A stretch of DNA of 64,000 bases from Macrostomum hystrix (Eukaryota > Animalia > Platyhelminthes): assembly GCA_950097015.1 (NCBI GenBank), contig CATNEN010000038.1, forward strand, positions 4,774,001-4,838,000, read 5' to 3'. The notes beneath the pieces were generated by a model that did no database searches, was not told the origin of the DNA, and saw only the letters and a list, made by a program, of their open reading frames with translations. Position numbers and translations under genes: made by a program. Positions within the stretch are counted from its first letter, which is position 1, and every line of letters starts with the position of its first letter. This document shows, piece by piece, positions 10,892-23,990 of this stretch.

Positions 10892-11227
10892 GGGGTCAGT
10901 GGCAGAGCGGTTGGCGGCAAAGGTCCCTAATTCTGATTCCGCGGCGAGGCCACAGTTGTTTGGGTCGCAGCCGCGGAGAGAAGGCTATGGGTTCTTATCG
11001 TGCAATTTACGCCCTTGAGGGCTAACCTCCAAGGCGCAGTGAAGTGTACACTGCCTGAGGATGAGAAAGTCAGGGGCAGATGTACACACCTGTCTGAGCG
11101 TGTGCTTGTGTGCTCAGGACTCAGCGGAATGGGCAGAATTTCCACCTCGCTGGCTGCGGGTCTAGTTTCACAAAGTGATCATTTGAATTCACGGCCGCAG
11201 CCCTCCTGCAATTATTATATTTTTTTA
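10892..11227 (+). mobile_element. tRNA-derived SINE, family 2 (copy A)
   Basis: Head GGGGTCAGTGGCAGAGCGGTT (A-box-like), conserved body shared with 36609-36997 and 46661-47550, AT-rich tail, imperfect 16-bp TSD AAGGATTTCAC(CT/AG)TTA at 10876-10891 and 11228-11243. Confidence 0.85.
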
Positions 11228-13225
11228 AAGGATTTCACAGTTATTTAGATACATCAATCGCCCGGGACTGCACACCCTTGAGGTACTGTCAGCTCGTCAT
11301 CTCAGCTGACTCATCTGCGAGAGGCTGTGCTGCAAGGTGCTGCAGAAGCGCCCCAGCTGCTCATCCGGCAATGTCACCACGGAGTGGGTCTGGCATCTGG
11401 GTCTTCCCATCAGAAAAAAAGCGACGAGAGCCTCTGCAAAGCTCAAGTCGATCCGAAGCAGTGGCCTCGGGTATAGCTATAGGCTTCGCTACTTTCAAAA
11501 AACGAAGAATCTGTTTTGTATATACAGCTCAAGGACATATCTACGCAATCTGAAATCGCTAATCCAAAGAATTGGAACTAATCCAAGAATAAGTAGTAGA
11601 ATCAGAACTAAGACAAAAATCTGAATCAGTAGAATCAGTAGTAGATCAGTAAAAATCTGAAAAAGCATGGAGCTTTAATTATCCAATTCGCAGTGGATTA
11701 TCTCAATTCTAACTGTCCATAAGTTTAAACGAAAACTTGTGATCTGAAACCGATTTATTACGCTTCTCATCAATTAAAATGTGTTAATTTTGCTTAAAAT
11801 TTTAATAACAAGGACAAAGAATGGATAATTAAAACACAGAAATGAAAACGATCTTTAGTTTTGTGAGATTGCACAAAAAGTTAAGACTTGCGTTTTTAAA
11901 TTTATCGTTTTCTTAGATTTCTTCCGTGTTTGGACTAAGTTCAATTGAAACTTTAGTACATGCCGCTTTATCATGCGTCATTTATCTTGGTGGTGCCTTC
12001 TGCTACTGATAACGATGTTAGGAGCTTCGTATGTCTTTATACCTAAAATTTCTGCCCAGCTCTGGAAGTTTTCTGTAGGTAAAATGCTTAAATGCTTTTG
12101 CTTATTAAGTTATTATAATTTTCTGCTGGCTTAAATAATCCATTTAAGGCCCCATATCTTAGCCACACTTGAATAAAATTTAAGTCAATATTTCGAAATT
12201 TAGAAACAAAAAGGTCATAGGCATTTGCCGAAAACCATGCATCGTTGTTAATTCATTCCTGAAAGAATGGAATAATTCCTACACATGTTCCATTAAGGCT
12301 TACAGTTACCTCCTTATGAAGTATGAAATTCTACCATTAGTTAGAAGCCAGCTTGCGAGAGATCCATAGACTAAAGCATGGATTAAAAATTAAACTACCT
12401 GACTTATAATTACTAGGCCTAGTTGCTTCAATCCGGAAAAACAAAATTTTGCAAAAATGCAGTCTGGCTAATGCTTTTGGTTTTTTAAATACAGCCTATA
12501 CTAATAGACTTGCTGTGTTGTTTTGCTATGTATTTTATCTGGCTGACTTATAATGTAGATTTTACTAATTGTAATTTCAGATTAGGGTGTAAAGTTTCTA
12601 TTTTATGTTTGGCATTTTAGTGGTCAAATGTCGTTTTTTGTCTATGGTATTTCAAATTATTTTTGCATATCTAATTGTAACTTTGCAAATATTTCATTTC
12701 CACATATTATTCTAGCTGTTAATAACCTAGCAATCTTTAGCTAGGCCAAACTTTAAATACCTAAATATGTGGCCTTGGTCTAGGCTGACCAGAACATTTT
12801 GACAAGGTTAGCTAGCTAATTGACACACTATAATTGATAAATTGATATCGTTTTTACTTAGCTATTATGTCTAAAGAAGCTAAAATAATTGTACCACCTA
12901 GCTAGTACTCTTACCCATAGTAATTGAAGCAATTGAAAATTATCTGTAATTTATTTATTTGGCACAAATTTATATTATTTTATCAGTAATTAAAAAACTA
13001 TTGACTTTAAAATCCTAAGTCCAAAGCTCTAAAATGAATTAATATACGAGCTTCTATCTTATTTGAATTGAAATGTAAAATTGCTGAGTGTGGATATACT
13101 AGTATCTAGAAAAGAACTCTTATTAAAAATGGCAGTTTTATCATAGTTTAAACAAACTATTACATATAAAAATATTGTTTGTTGCAACAAAAGGTTGTAT
13201 TTTTACACAGTTTGGTTCAACAAGG

Positions 13226-13310
13226 CAGGGGCTTGCTAACTCTAGCCTGCGTGCACAATGCTCCTAAATCAGGCATGTTGCCACTTCCCACACCTAAAGT
13301 GTACTGTCTC
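13226..13310 (+). mobile_element. Decayed left end of the hAT-type MITE seen intact at 39903-40350
   Basis: CAGGGGCTTGCTAACTCTAGCCTGCG...GCTCCTAAATCAGGCATGTTGCC aligns by eye with CAGGGGTCGGCAAACTCCGGCCCGCG...GCTCCCAAATCCGGCCCGTTGCC. Confidence 0.7.
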
Positions 13311-14235
13311 ATCTCTCCCTCATCTGGAGATAGAGAGTCACATCTCTCCCTCCTCTGGAGATAGAGTCACATTTTTCCCTCCTCTGGAGATAGAGAGTCA
13401 CATCTCTCCCTCATCTGGAGATAGAGAGTCACATCTCTCCCTCATTTAGAGATAGAGGGTCACATCTCTCCCTCATCTGGAGATAGAGAGTCACATCTCT
13501 CCCTCATCTGGAGATAGAGAGTCACATCTCTCCCTCATCTGGAGATAGAGAGTCACATCTCTCCCTCATTTAGAGATAGAGGGTCACATCTCTCCCTCAT
13601 CTGGAGATAGAGAGTCACATCTCTCCCTCATCTGGAGATAGAGAGTCACATCTCTCCCTCCTCTGGAGATAGAGAGTCACATCTCTCCCTCATCTGGAGA
13701 TAGAGTCACATCTCTCCCTCATCTGGAGATAGAGTCACATCTCTCCCTCATCTGGAGATAGAGTCACATCTCTCCCTCATCTGGAGATAGAGAGTCACAT
13801 CTCTCCCTCATCTGGAGATAGAGAGTCACATCTCTCCCTCATTTAGAGATAGAGGGTCACATCTCTCCCTCATCTGGAGATAGAGAGTCACATCTCTCCC
13901 TCATCTGGAGATAGAGAGTCACATCTCTCCCTCCTCTGGAGATAGAGAGTCACATCTCTCCCTCATCTGGAGATAGAGTCACATCTCTCCCTCATCTGGA
14001 GATAGAGTCACATCTCTCCCTCATCTGGAGATAGAGTCACATCTCTCCCTCATCTGGAGATAGAGAGTCACATCTCTCCCTCATCTGGAGATAGAGAGTC
14101 ACATCTCTCCCTCATTTAGAGATAGAGGGTCACATCTCTCCCTCATCTGGAGATAGAGAGTCACATCTCTCCCTCATCTGGAGATAGAGTCACATCTCTC
14201 CCTCCTCTGGAGATAGAGTCACATCTCTCCCGTGT
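13305..14235. repeat. 31/29-bp minisatellite (AGAGTCACATCTCTCCCTCATCTGGAGATAG)n, ~30 units
   Basis: Direct periodicity; units differ by one AG dinucleotide and recurring TTTAGAG..GGG variants. Confidence 0.98.
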
Positions 14236-14413
14236 CTCACTATCCTGTAAATTTGGGTAGGGGTTTGCAAGTAGTAGAAGTACTCATATAATGAATAGTG
14301 ATTCATCCTGACATATGTAGGCCATGCTAGAAGCGATTTCTATTCTATACGAATAGCACAATACCTCGTCATCAGCTATAGAAGAGTCCCACGCTGCATT
14401 CCAACCCCAGGCC

Positions 14414-16223
14414 ATGTCAAGCAGTCGCAGCCTGTCAATGCGAGCCATCCTAGTGGACAAGCCGGGCCCGCCGGAGTCCATGCGAGTTGCTCACGATGTA
14501 CAAACACCCGCGCCATTGCCTGGCCAGGTGCTAATTCAGGTGGCTTACGCCGGGCTAAACCGGGCTGACTTGCTGCAGCGAATGGGCCGCTACAATGCTC
14601 CCGACGGAGTCTCCAGCATCATGGGCCTGGAGGTCTCCGGCATAGTCAGGGAGGTCGGACCTGGCGGCTTAGGCGCCTCGGCCAGATTCCGGCCCGGCGA
14701 TCGAGTCATGGCCCTGCTGGCTGGCGGCGGCTACGCGGACTATGTGAATGTCTCAGCTGAGACTGTGAGTCCGACTCCTGGGAATGTGCAGTTCAAGGGA
14801 ATGTGCAATTCAAGGGAATGTGCAGTTCAAGGGAATGTGCAGTTCAAGGGAATGTGCAGTTCAAGGGAATGTGCAAATCAAGGGAATGTGCAGTTCAATG
14901 GAATGTGCAGTTTATGTGAACTTGCAGGTTTAAAATGTGCACTTTAATGAAATGTTTACTTTATGGAACTGTGCCGGTTAAGGTATTATACTGTTTATAG
15001 GGTTGTACAATTTGAAGGAATGTGCATTTTTGGGAATGTGTAGCGGTCCATGAACTGCAGCCCACAATACTGAAATCCCCACTGGCCGCAGGTGATTCGC
15101 CTGCCCGACAGCTTTTCGCTGCGGGACGCCGGCGCCCTGCCCGAGGCCTGGCTGACGGCCTACCAGCTGCTGTCCTTCGTCGGCCGCATCGGCAGCGGAG
15201 AGCGAGTCCTGGTGCACGCCGGGGCCAGCGGCGTTGGCACCGCCGCGCTGCAGCTCAGCCGCCACCTGTTCGGCGCTGTGCCATTCGCCACCGCCGGCTC
15301 GGCCGACAAGTGCAGCCTGGCTGTGCGCCTCGGGGCCGAGCGCTGCTTTAACTACAAGGAGCAGCCGGACTGGCCAGTCGAGCTGCTGCACTCAACTGGC
15401 GGCGCCGGCGTCGACGTGCTGCTGGACTGCATCGGCGCCGCGCACCTCGGCGCGAATGCCCGAGTCCTGGCGCTCGACTCTCGCTGGGTGCTGTACGGAC
15501 TCATGGGCGGCGCCGACCTGCCGCCAGCTGAAGCCTCCGGCTTTCTTGGCGCCCTTCTGAGCAAGCGGGCCAGCCTCATCGCCACCCTGCTCAGAAACCG
15601 GCCGCCTGAGGTGAGAAGACTGCTCAGTTATTCCCATTGGATGGCAAGCCCTCTACCTAATCATCGTCAAGCTACCTGCACTCATCTCATCATCTAACCT
15701 ACATCCGTTAATCTACCCATAGTCCCTTAATCCAGTCCTTTATCCCCAACCCTCCCCATATGAATCTACCCCTCCCCATATGAATCTACCCCTCCCCATA
15801 TGAATCTACCCCTTCCCATATGAATCTACCCCTTCCCATATGAATCTACCCCTTCCCATATGAATCTACCCATTTCTTACATAGATCTACCATTCTTGTC
15901 CTTAATCTACCCATTGATCTACTCTCCTTCCATGAATGCATTTCCGCAGTAACCATTTCTCTGATTCTTTCTGTCGTCAAAGCTCTGGAACATTTCATAC
16001 CCAATTCCTCCCACCGCAGTACAAGGCCCAGCTGGTCTCAGAGTTCGCTGAGCGGGCCCTGCCGCTGTTCGAGACTGGCCGACTCCGCCCGGTCATCGAC
16101 TCGGAGTTCCCGCTGGCTGAGGTTGCAGCAGCGCATACTAAGATGCAGTCAAATGCCAATCTGGGCAAAATCTTGCTGGCCATCAATCCCCAGCTTGAGC
16201 TGGAGAAGCGCCAGGAGCTGTGA
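14414..16223 (+). CDS. TP53I3: NAD(P)H:quinone oxidoreductase, PIG3/TP53I3-type (MDR family), 3 exons, ~357 aa
   Basis: Exons 14414-14764, 15092-15610, 16020-16223 with GT..AG phase-0 introns; motifs GLNRADLLQRMGRY, GLEVSG, ALLAGGGYA, PEAWLTAYQ, VLVHAGASGVGTAA, LRPVIDSEFPL..AH..M.SN.NLGKI; the start could be Met 14438. Confidence 0.93.
14780..14912. repeat. 17-bp intronic minisatellite (GGGAATGTGCAGTTCAA)n
   Basis: Periodicity in intron 1 of the oxidoreductase. Confidence 0.92.
15755..15875. repeat. 20-bp intronic minisatellite (CCCATATGAATCTACCCCTT)n
   Basis: Periodicity in intron 2 of the oxidoreductase. Confidence 0.92.
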
Positions 16224-16690
16224 CACTCAAAACTCATTTGCTTGTCATCTCGTATGATTTCACTTGAAGAGATTGTAGCTCGTAGCATCATTAAACGAAA
16301 TTTCCAATTTTTCCAACACGCTTTAACATTTTTGTATCGCTTCCGGTGGGATTTGGTCCAATTGAATTCTGTCTGTAAATTAGTTTTTCATTTTTATGCT
16401 CTGGCTATTGACAGTAATATATAGAGAATAATAATATATGACTACGAGTATTTGAACTGTCGAATGTAAAATCTACTGATTTGTATCTGAAATAAAAACA
16501 ATGGGTACTTATTATTTTCTTTCGGTAGTTACTGTAGCCGAGAGATCTCCGAATTTTCTACTGATAATCATGGCTTTCACAACCTAAACTGACAGCTTTT
16601 CGTAATCATTTAAGCAAGCACTTTCACAAGTTAAAGTTTCCATACTTCCTAAATAAAGGAATTACTTGTGTACAAAGGTCAGTGATAAGG

Positions 16691-17350
16691 CATTACTGTG
16701 TCAGAGATAAGAGCAGTGTGTCATCTATGATGCATTGCTGTGTCAGAGATAATAGTGGTGTGTCATCTATGATGCATTGCTGTGTCAGAGATAAGAGCAG
16801 TGTGTCATCTATGATGCATTGCTGTGTCAGAGATAAGAGCAGTGTGTCATCTATGATGCATTGCTGTGTCAGAGATAATAGTGGTGTGTCATCTATGATG
16901 CATTACTGTGTCAGAGATAATAGTGGTGTGTCATCTATGATGCATTGCTGTGTCAGAGATAAGAGCAGTGTGTCATCTATGATGCATTGCTGTGTCAGAG
17001 ATAATAGTGGTGTGTCATCTATGATGCATTGCTGTGTCAGAGATAAGAGCAGTGTGTCATCTATGATGCATTGCTGTGTCAGAGATAAGAGCAGTGTGTC
17101 ATCTATGATGCATTGCTGTGTCAGAGATAACAGTGGTGTGTCATCTATGATGCATTGCTGTGTCAGAGATAATAGTGGTGTGTCATCTACGATGCATTGC
17201 TGTGTCAGAGATAATAGTGGTGTGTCATCTATGATAACATTGCTGTGTCAGAGATAATAGTGGTGTGTCATCTATGATAAATTGCTGTGTCAGAGATAAT
17301 AGTGGTGTGTCATCTATGATGCATTGCTGTGTCAGAGATAACAGCGGTGT
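16691..17350. repeat. 42-bp minisatellite (CATTGCTGTGTCAGAGATAATAGTGGTGTGTCATCTATGATG)n, ~16 units
   Basis: Direct periodicity with two alternating variants (TAGTGG / GAGCAG); lies between the convergent oxidoreductase and RPS29 genes. Confidence 0.98.
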
Positions 17351-17594
17351 GTTAGTGATAAGATGTACAGAAAAGAAGTAGAATATAAAAACACGTCTCT
17401 TAATTTCCATGAACAACATTTTTCTCAGTTCCAAAGAAACACAGACTCAGATGCAGGGATGATGTATTTCAGTTTATCTTCACCTTGCTGCTGCATGCTA
17501 CATTTTAATTCAAACTACTCAACTGGCTGAGCTTGTAGGTGATATAAAAGAACAGTTCACCATGTTATTTAGCAACAGGGATGGCTATCATCAT

Positions 17595-17762
17595 TCAGTC
17601 CTTCTTGAATCCGATGGTCTCTGCGTACTGTCGAAAGCACTGTCGGCAGACGCTGAGTCCGTACTTGCGGATCAGGCCATGTCGGTTGGAGCACACACGG
17701 CAGCAGCGGCTGCCAGCGCCATACTTCTTGGGGTGGGCGTGCCAGATTGTTGAGAAAGGCAT
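17595..17762 (-). CDS. RPS29: 40S ribosomal protein S29 (uS14), 55 aa, uninterrupted CDS
   Basis: Manual translation [55 protein letters not shown]; CxxC...CRQCFR zinc motif and GLIRKYGL signature; GCCGCCATG context; below the ORF-track length cutoff. Confidence 0.95.
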   Translation of the reverse strand: MPFSTIWHAHPKKYGAGSRCCRVCSNRHGLIRKYGLSVCRQCFRQYAETIGFKKD

Positions 17763-19272
17763 GGCGGCTGCTTTGCAATTAGCTGAAAAGTGTTAAAGAC
17801 AAGACGACAGTAACTAGTGTTATGTCACAGCTATGGCCACGGCTTTGGGGTCCCACTGCAAGTACAGTGGCAAGCACAGATGCCTATGGCAGCAACACAT
17901 ACATCTATGGTAGACATCTGCTCTTATGGCTAAAACTACAGGAAAATACTATAGTTGCAGTCACATTCTGTAATTCTCCTCTAGTAATGTTAAAAAAGAG
18001 AAACATGTAGATTAAAACAAAGATACCTGATAAACTATAAAATAGATGTAAATAAAAATAAAATATAATTCAATACAAAACTACATAAGCTAATGTCCTC
18101 TTCTACCTTATAAATTAGACATATTTATCTTTCTAGGAATTGATTTTAGGAGTTAAAAATGAATTTTTTTATTTAAATAACAATATTATCTAATTGTATT
18201 TCCCTTACTTTTTGCTTCAAAATAAACTTTTGCAAATTCTTAAAATTGGTCTTCTTATTCATTTTATGAAATATGACATTAGTTTATGAACTTCTTAGTA
18301 TAGTCTTCTACTCTCATTCTTTATTAAAATTATGACAATAACAGTTAGTAGTAGGTAGATAGAAATGTAATTTTAGAAAAGCAATCAAATGTTTGCTTAA
18401 GTTTGTACTTTAATTTGCAAGTCACTTAAAATGATTAGGTTATCTTCCCAATTCAAAATACTGTATTTCTTATAGTTTTGTCAGAACTATGGTTACGGCT
18501 ATGGCACTAATGGAATATGATAATATTTAGGTATCTACTGTTATGGAATACAAGCCATAGTTTTGCTTATGGCTCTAGCTATGGCACATGGACTCAACCT
18601 TATAACAAAACACTAACAGTAACTATATCTTGAATAATGATTTTTCTTAGCAGATTTGGCTGTTACACTATAAATAGAAATTATTTTAATAAGATAAAAC
18701 TAAAGCTCTTTATTTTTAGTTACCAGTTTTGTACAACGAATATCTAAGTTTTTAGGAACAATGCAAATTACAAAAAATCTTAAAGAATTCCCTTGCTGTT
18801 AATCAGAAGATTGAGATATGTTTGACATTAAATAAACTTTTATGTAAGTCTTAGAAAGATTAAAAGTACTCTTTGCTAAGTTAATATTACTCATCTATTG
18901 TCAATATGTTGTCAATTTCTGAAAGCATATCAAACTAAAAATAGCTCTACATTGTAAAAATATGATAGGTGATTGGCCCTTATCATACATTTTATTTCAT
19001 GCCTACAACTACAACAACAATTTTCTAAGTTTGTGTTAAATACTCACTGTATTATTGCTTATTTATTTGTATAACTAGGCTAAAGAAATTCAATTTTAAG
19101 TGTTATAACAAAATTTTTGTTGTTCTTAATTGTTAATAGACTAATCTGAAAAGTTGGTTTGAACATCATCAAACAAGTGACAATTTGACTTCTTGCTTCT
19201 TGCACCACTCTCCACACAGAGTGAGTGGATCATATACTTAATTACTTTTGATGCTTAGTGCCTATGACAGAC

Positions 19273-19535
19273 CATACATGCGCAACACCCGGCCGGGTGA
19301 AACAAGGGCCAAGCAAGGTAAGTCGCAAAAACCAATCGACCAAGCACAAAAAAATCAAAGGGGGGACCAAGGGACAAAAAAGGAAGGCGTGAAGAAAAGG
19401 AAAAAGGGGAGAGAAAAAGAGAGCAAATGAGAGCAAACTAAGTCGTAAATAGAGCAATGAAACGAACTAAGTCGCAAATGAGAGCAAAAACTAAGTTGCA
19501 CAGCTGGCTAAGATTTGGGAGGTTGCGCATGTATG
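19273..19535. mobile_element. hAT-type MITE (263 bp)
   Basis: Perfect 14-bp TIR CATACATGCGCAAC (19273-19286 / 19522-19535) and 8-bp TSD TGACAGAC (19265-19272, 19536-19543). Confidence 0.9.
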
Positions 19536-21199
19536 TGACAGACCATAAATGCAAATTATATTATAAAAGTGGCACAATGACAGTCAATTTAACTTTTAAG
19601 AAATGAAAATTTCATTATCTCCTAGCAGCAAATATAAGAACTAGAACCAAGAAAAGATTAATCTCCTAGTTTGTGGCTATTAATTTTTCTTAATTAGTAA
19701 AACATAAGTTTTACAATACTATAATATAGTTTCAGGCTCTAAATATGCATAATTTAGATTTGCCATATTGCATCTAATATAATAATTCACTAGGGCCTAT
19801 GTCCTATACATACCTAAAGTCAAAGTAAAACAACTACCAAAATAAAACATAAATATAGACTACATAAAATATTTGTCCTAAGTAGGGGGCCTAACTCATT
19901 TAACAAGTAAAAAGTTATGGACTATGGTGTACAAAAACAGATTAAAGCCTGGTCCAAATAAAAATAATTTACTAGCACAAACTAGGAGACTACCCAAAAA
20001 TAATTTATTATGCTTCAAAATTTTAGTTTAAGTGAAAAAATAAACAAGAGAAAATACTTGAACATTTTAGATTGAAATATAGCTAGGCCTTTGAAATACA
20101 TTGGTCCTAGCCCCTAGTACATAAGGTGCAGGGATTGAAATGTTATTAATATGCCCAATGGACAATGGAGTTCTAGGCATAATCACGTGAAACCCATAGC
20201 TCCTTATGGGCCACCTGCTCATATGCCAGCTGACATTTAGCAATAAATAATCAATACTAATTGCTTCTGAATATTTGATCATAAGGATAAAATTTTATCA
20301 ACAGTTTTCAAGATAAGCTCTCTCAGGCTCAATGGTGGATCCATCCAATGGGGCCAAGTCGCTAAGTGGCTATAACAGATAGGCCTAGCCTACTCAAAAT
20401 TTTAATCCTCCTGACTGATGCGCATGTCGCCCCCTCAGTCACAGAAACAGTGCAGTTTTCAGAGTTTCAATCACAGCGACCACTTTTACAGTACTAACTC
20501 ACAGCACTATGATGTTTTGCTAGCTGTTTGGTTGTGGCGGGCCGTACCCTACCCTAAATTTTAGCCCCACTCCGAAAGAAAAAGGTGTCAGATCCACCCA
20601 CCATAGAGGACTGAGCAACATCATTAAATGTTACTACTAGTTTAGCTTAAGCTAAAGAAGTCGGCGAGAATTTCGGAAAACAAAAGTAGCATTAAAAAAT
20701 ATAGTATGATTATCTGACTATATAAACGAATGATGCTGTCAGGTACACATACCTCTTTCGCTACTTAATGACTAGAAAGAAGGAGAAGACAATGAGGAGT
20801 CGATGATGAGCACAATAAGGCATCGAATTTATGATTAAATTTTAAATTGTTCTATACATATAATTATACTTTTGCTGTGTAAACATATTGATTTTTTTCT
20901 TAATTTTGTTTGAAGGCCAAAAAAGTGTTGGCATAAAACGGCATCGAAAGTACAATTATACGTAGTTTGTTTTATCAATTAGCTAATTTATAGTCGGGAT
21001 GTCTCTCGTACTTTACTATTTAAAATCCCCAAATTCCTGTCTGGAAGAGCCAGACATCTAACACTGAAAAATTATATTTGGAATTAAATTTATGGCTTCG
21101 GATAGTAGGTATTCGTGATATAAGGTAAAATCAATGATTAAATTAGGTCATTTTCATACTTTACTTACAAGTAAGTAAGGAACTTTCTTAGGGGCCAGC

Positions 21200-21955
21200 A
21201 CGAGACTTTCCCGCAGACGGTTTTCCCGCCGAGCTTTTTTTCGCAGGATCTTTCCCCACAGCGAGCTTTTCCGGCAGGTCTTTTTCCTTCCGAGGAAAGT
21301 ATGCCCGCCCAAAAAGGGGCATAAATGCCCGTGGAGCTTTAATTTCCCGCCGAGACTTTCCCGCCGTGGGTTTTCGCACCAAAACAGCAACCGATTTTCT
21401 CGCCATTTTTCCCACACGCAAATGTCTGCATACAATTCCCTCCCGGGGATTTCGAAAATCTTTTTATTTCGAGCACAGGGCTGCCTGCTGTGTGCCGGTG
21501 TGCAAAATATCGGGGTGGTGACGCTGCAGTCTACCCATTTTCGATTTTTTCGAAAGAAATCCGGCCTAGTTCCCAAGTCTCCCTTGACGTCAAGAACTAT
21601 GATTTTTCGCGGTGGACCATCGAAGGAAGCGGGTGCAATTTAGTGAGCTGGCTGGTTTCTTCTTAAGAAAATGAAAAGGACTTTCCTTTTTGGAATTGAT
21701 CACGTTCGTTCTTCTCTTTGTTTAGAAATCAAAGTGAAATGAAGCAATTAAAATTTTGTTATAAAACTTATCAAATGTTCAAACTGTGAAATGCGAAACC
21801 GGGTCATATTGTCAGAGTTGCAATCATACAAGTACTATTTCGTGGGTAAGGCATATAGGCAATAAATTTGGCGAGAAAATCGTTGGGTGTTTCGGTGCGA
21901 AAATCCACTGCGGGAAAGTCTCGGCGGGGAAACCATCAGCGGCCCGGGAAATCCT
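21200..21955. mobile_element. Inverted-repeat (MITE-like) element remnant
   Basis: Arm 21346-21410 (CCCGCCGAGACTTTCCCGCCGTGGGTTTTCGCACC...GATTTTCTCGCCA) is the imperfect reverse complement of 21862-21931; internal GAGACTTTCCCGC direct repeats; ends and TSD not resolved. Confidence 0.6.
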
Positions 21956-23054
21956 CAATGAACCTATTGAATTACAAAACCGAGGAAACAGACCATTAAA
22001 GACGCAGATCTAATCAGCTCAAAATGGGGCTTGTATTGTTAGTATAGGGTGTTCTAACTGCAGTTTGGCTGAGTTTCAAGGTCGAGGGTTCGATTCTTAA
22101 ATAAACCGAAATATATGACGCAGTCAGTAAAGTTTCTAGGAGCCAAAGACCACAGAAAATCAATAAACAAAAAAAACTGAAAGCCAATTATTCCATAAGT
22201 TAATTTAAAGAGCCAGCCATATACGAGTATCAGGCCATTGAACGTACTGAACACATTGCTATATAATCCAGGGGGTATAGGGGAATAGCTGCATCTCACG
22301 GCTAATATATAAAGCAACTTGTGAATGAATTGCACCTACACACTGCATAGATGAGATGTTTTTTGAGCATAGCTGGCCACTCAAGATGACTCACCGTTCA
22401 TGAAACTCAACCTCCTATACCCCGCTTCCATCCTGCTAAAAAATAAATGATGTGTGCGTGTGGGCTAATGCAGTGTACATTGAGACGCTCCAGTGCAGGC
22501 AATTTTTACTGCATTTACAACCCCAGCTCCGCAAACTCTGGCATGTACGTATCCACACAGCCTTAACCCCGCGGTCACACCCACCCCAAACCAGCCACCC
22601 CAGATTTTACAGGGTTCGCGTTCTGTAGCTATAGTACCGCATACGATTAGGGTGTACAAATTCTGTCAGGAAGATATCCTGCTTATAGCCCCCCCACCTC
22701 TGGGCCGACTATGGTCTGTCAGCTCTTTCTAAAACACATTTTGTACAGTGCATATACACAGCTGTACGCTCGTACTCTCCGTCTGTGTGGCATACTGTGA
22801 CAACAATTTATAACTATACACATTTGAATGTCTACGATAGAACATTCTTTTAGCAAGTAAACTTAGCGACATCATATATAGAAGGAATATAACTATTCCT
22901 GAATTGCACATCACACTATATTTAGCTGCAGGTAAGTCGACTACTTATTCTTAGGAACAAAAGTTTCATTTCATTCAGGTTATTAAAATTATTTATTTAG
23001 CAGAATATAAAAAGCGTTAAATTTCCAGAATTTTTGTTTAAATCGAGAAGCAAT

Positions 23055-23990
23055 TAGGATTTCTGTCAAGGGAATCACAGGAACTCGGATTTCCGTCATG
23101 GGAGACTTGGGAACTAGGATTTCCGTCAAGGGAGTCACGGGAACTAGGATTTCCGTCAAGGGAGACACGGGAACTAGGATTTCCGTCAAGGGAGACACGG
23201 GAACTAGGATTTCCGTCAAGGGAGACACGGGAACTAGGATTTCCGTCAAGGGAGTCACGGGAACTAGGATTTCCGTCAAGGGAATCACAGGAACTCGGAT
23301 TTCCGTCATGGGAGACTTGGGAACTAGGATTTCCGTCAAGGGAGTCACGGGAACTAGGATTTCCGTCAAGGGAGCCTTAGGAACTCGGATTCCCGTCAAG
23401 GGAGTCACGGGAACTAGGATTTCCGTCAAGGGAGCCTTGGGAACTAGGATTCCCGTCAAGGGAGACTTGGGAACTAGGATTCCCGTCAATGGGAGACTTG
23501 GGAACTAGGATTCCCGTCAAGGGAGACTTGGGAACTCAGATTCCCGTCAAGGGAGTCTTGGGAAGTCGGATTCCCGTCATGGGAGATTTGGGAACTAGGA
23601 TTCTCGTCAAGGGAGCCTTGGGAACTAGGATTCCCGTCAAGGGAGACTTGGGAACTCGGATTTCCGTCAAGGGAGACTTGGGAACTAGGATTTCCGTCAA
23701 GGGAGTCACGGGAACTAGGATTTCCGTCAAGGGAGCCTTAGGAACTCGGATTCCCGTCAAGGGAGACTTGGGAACTAGGATTCCCGTCAAGGGAGACTTG
23801 GGAACTAGGATTCCCGTCAAGGGAGACTTGGGAACTAGGATTCCCGTCAAGGGAGACTTGGGAACTCGGATTTCCGTCAAGGGAGACTTGGGAGCTAGGA
23901 TTTCCGTCAAGGGAGACTTGGGAGCTAGGATTTCCGTCAAGGGAGACTTGGGAGCTAGGATTTCCGTCAAGGGAGTCACGGGAACTAGGA
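23055..23990. repeat. 30-bp minisatellite (GGAACTAGGATTTCCGTCAAGGGAGACTTG)n, ~31 units
   Basis: Direct periodicity; 10-aa periodic spurious ORFs on both strands. Confidence 0.98.

Noticed and set aside
11240-11624. Moderately GC-rich stretch with short ORFs after SINE 2A
   Set aside because: No recognisable domain or consistent splice structure; could be a decayed exon but cannot be supported
17790-20752. Intronic snoRNA in the putative RPS29 5' intron
   Set aside because: No convincing paired C (RTGATGA) and D (CTGA) boxes with a terminal stem found by eye
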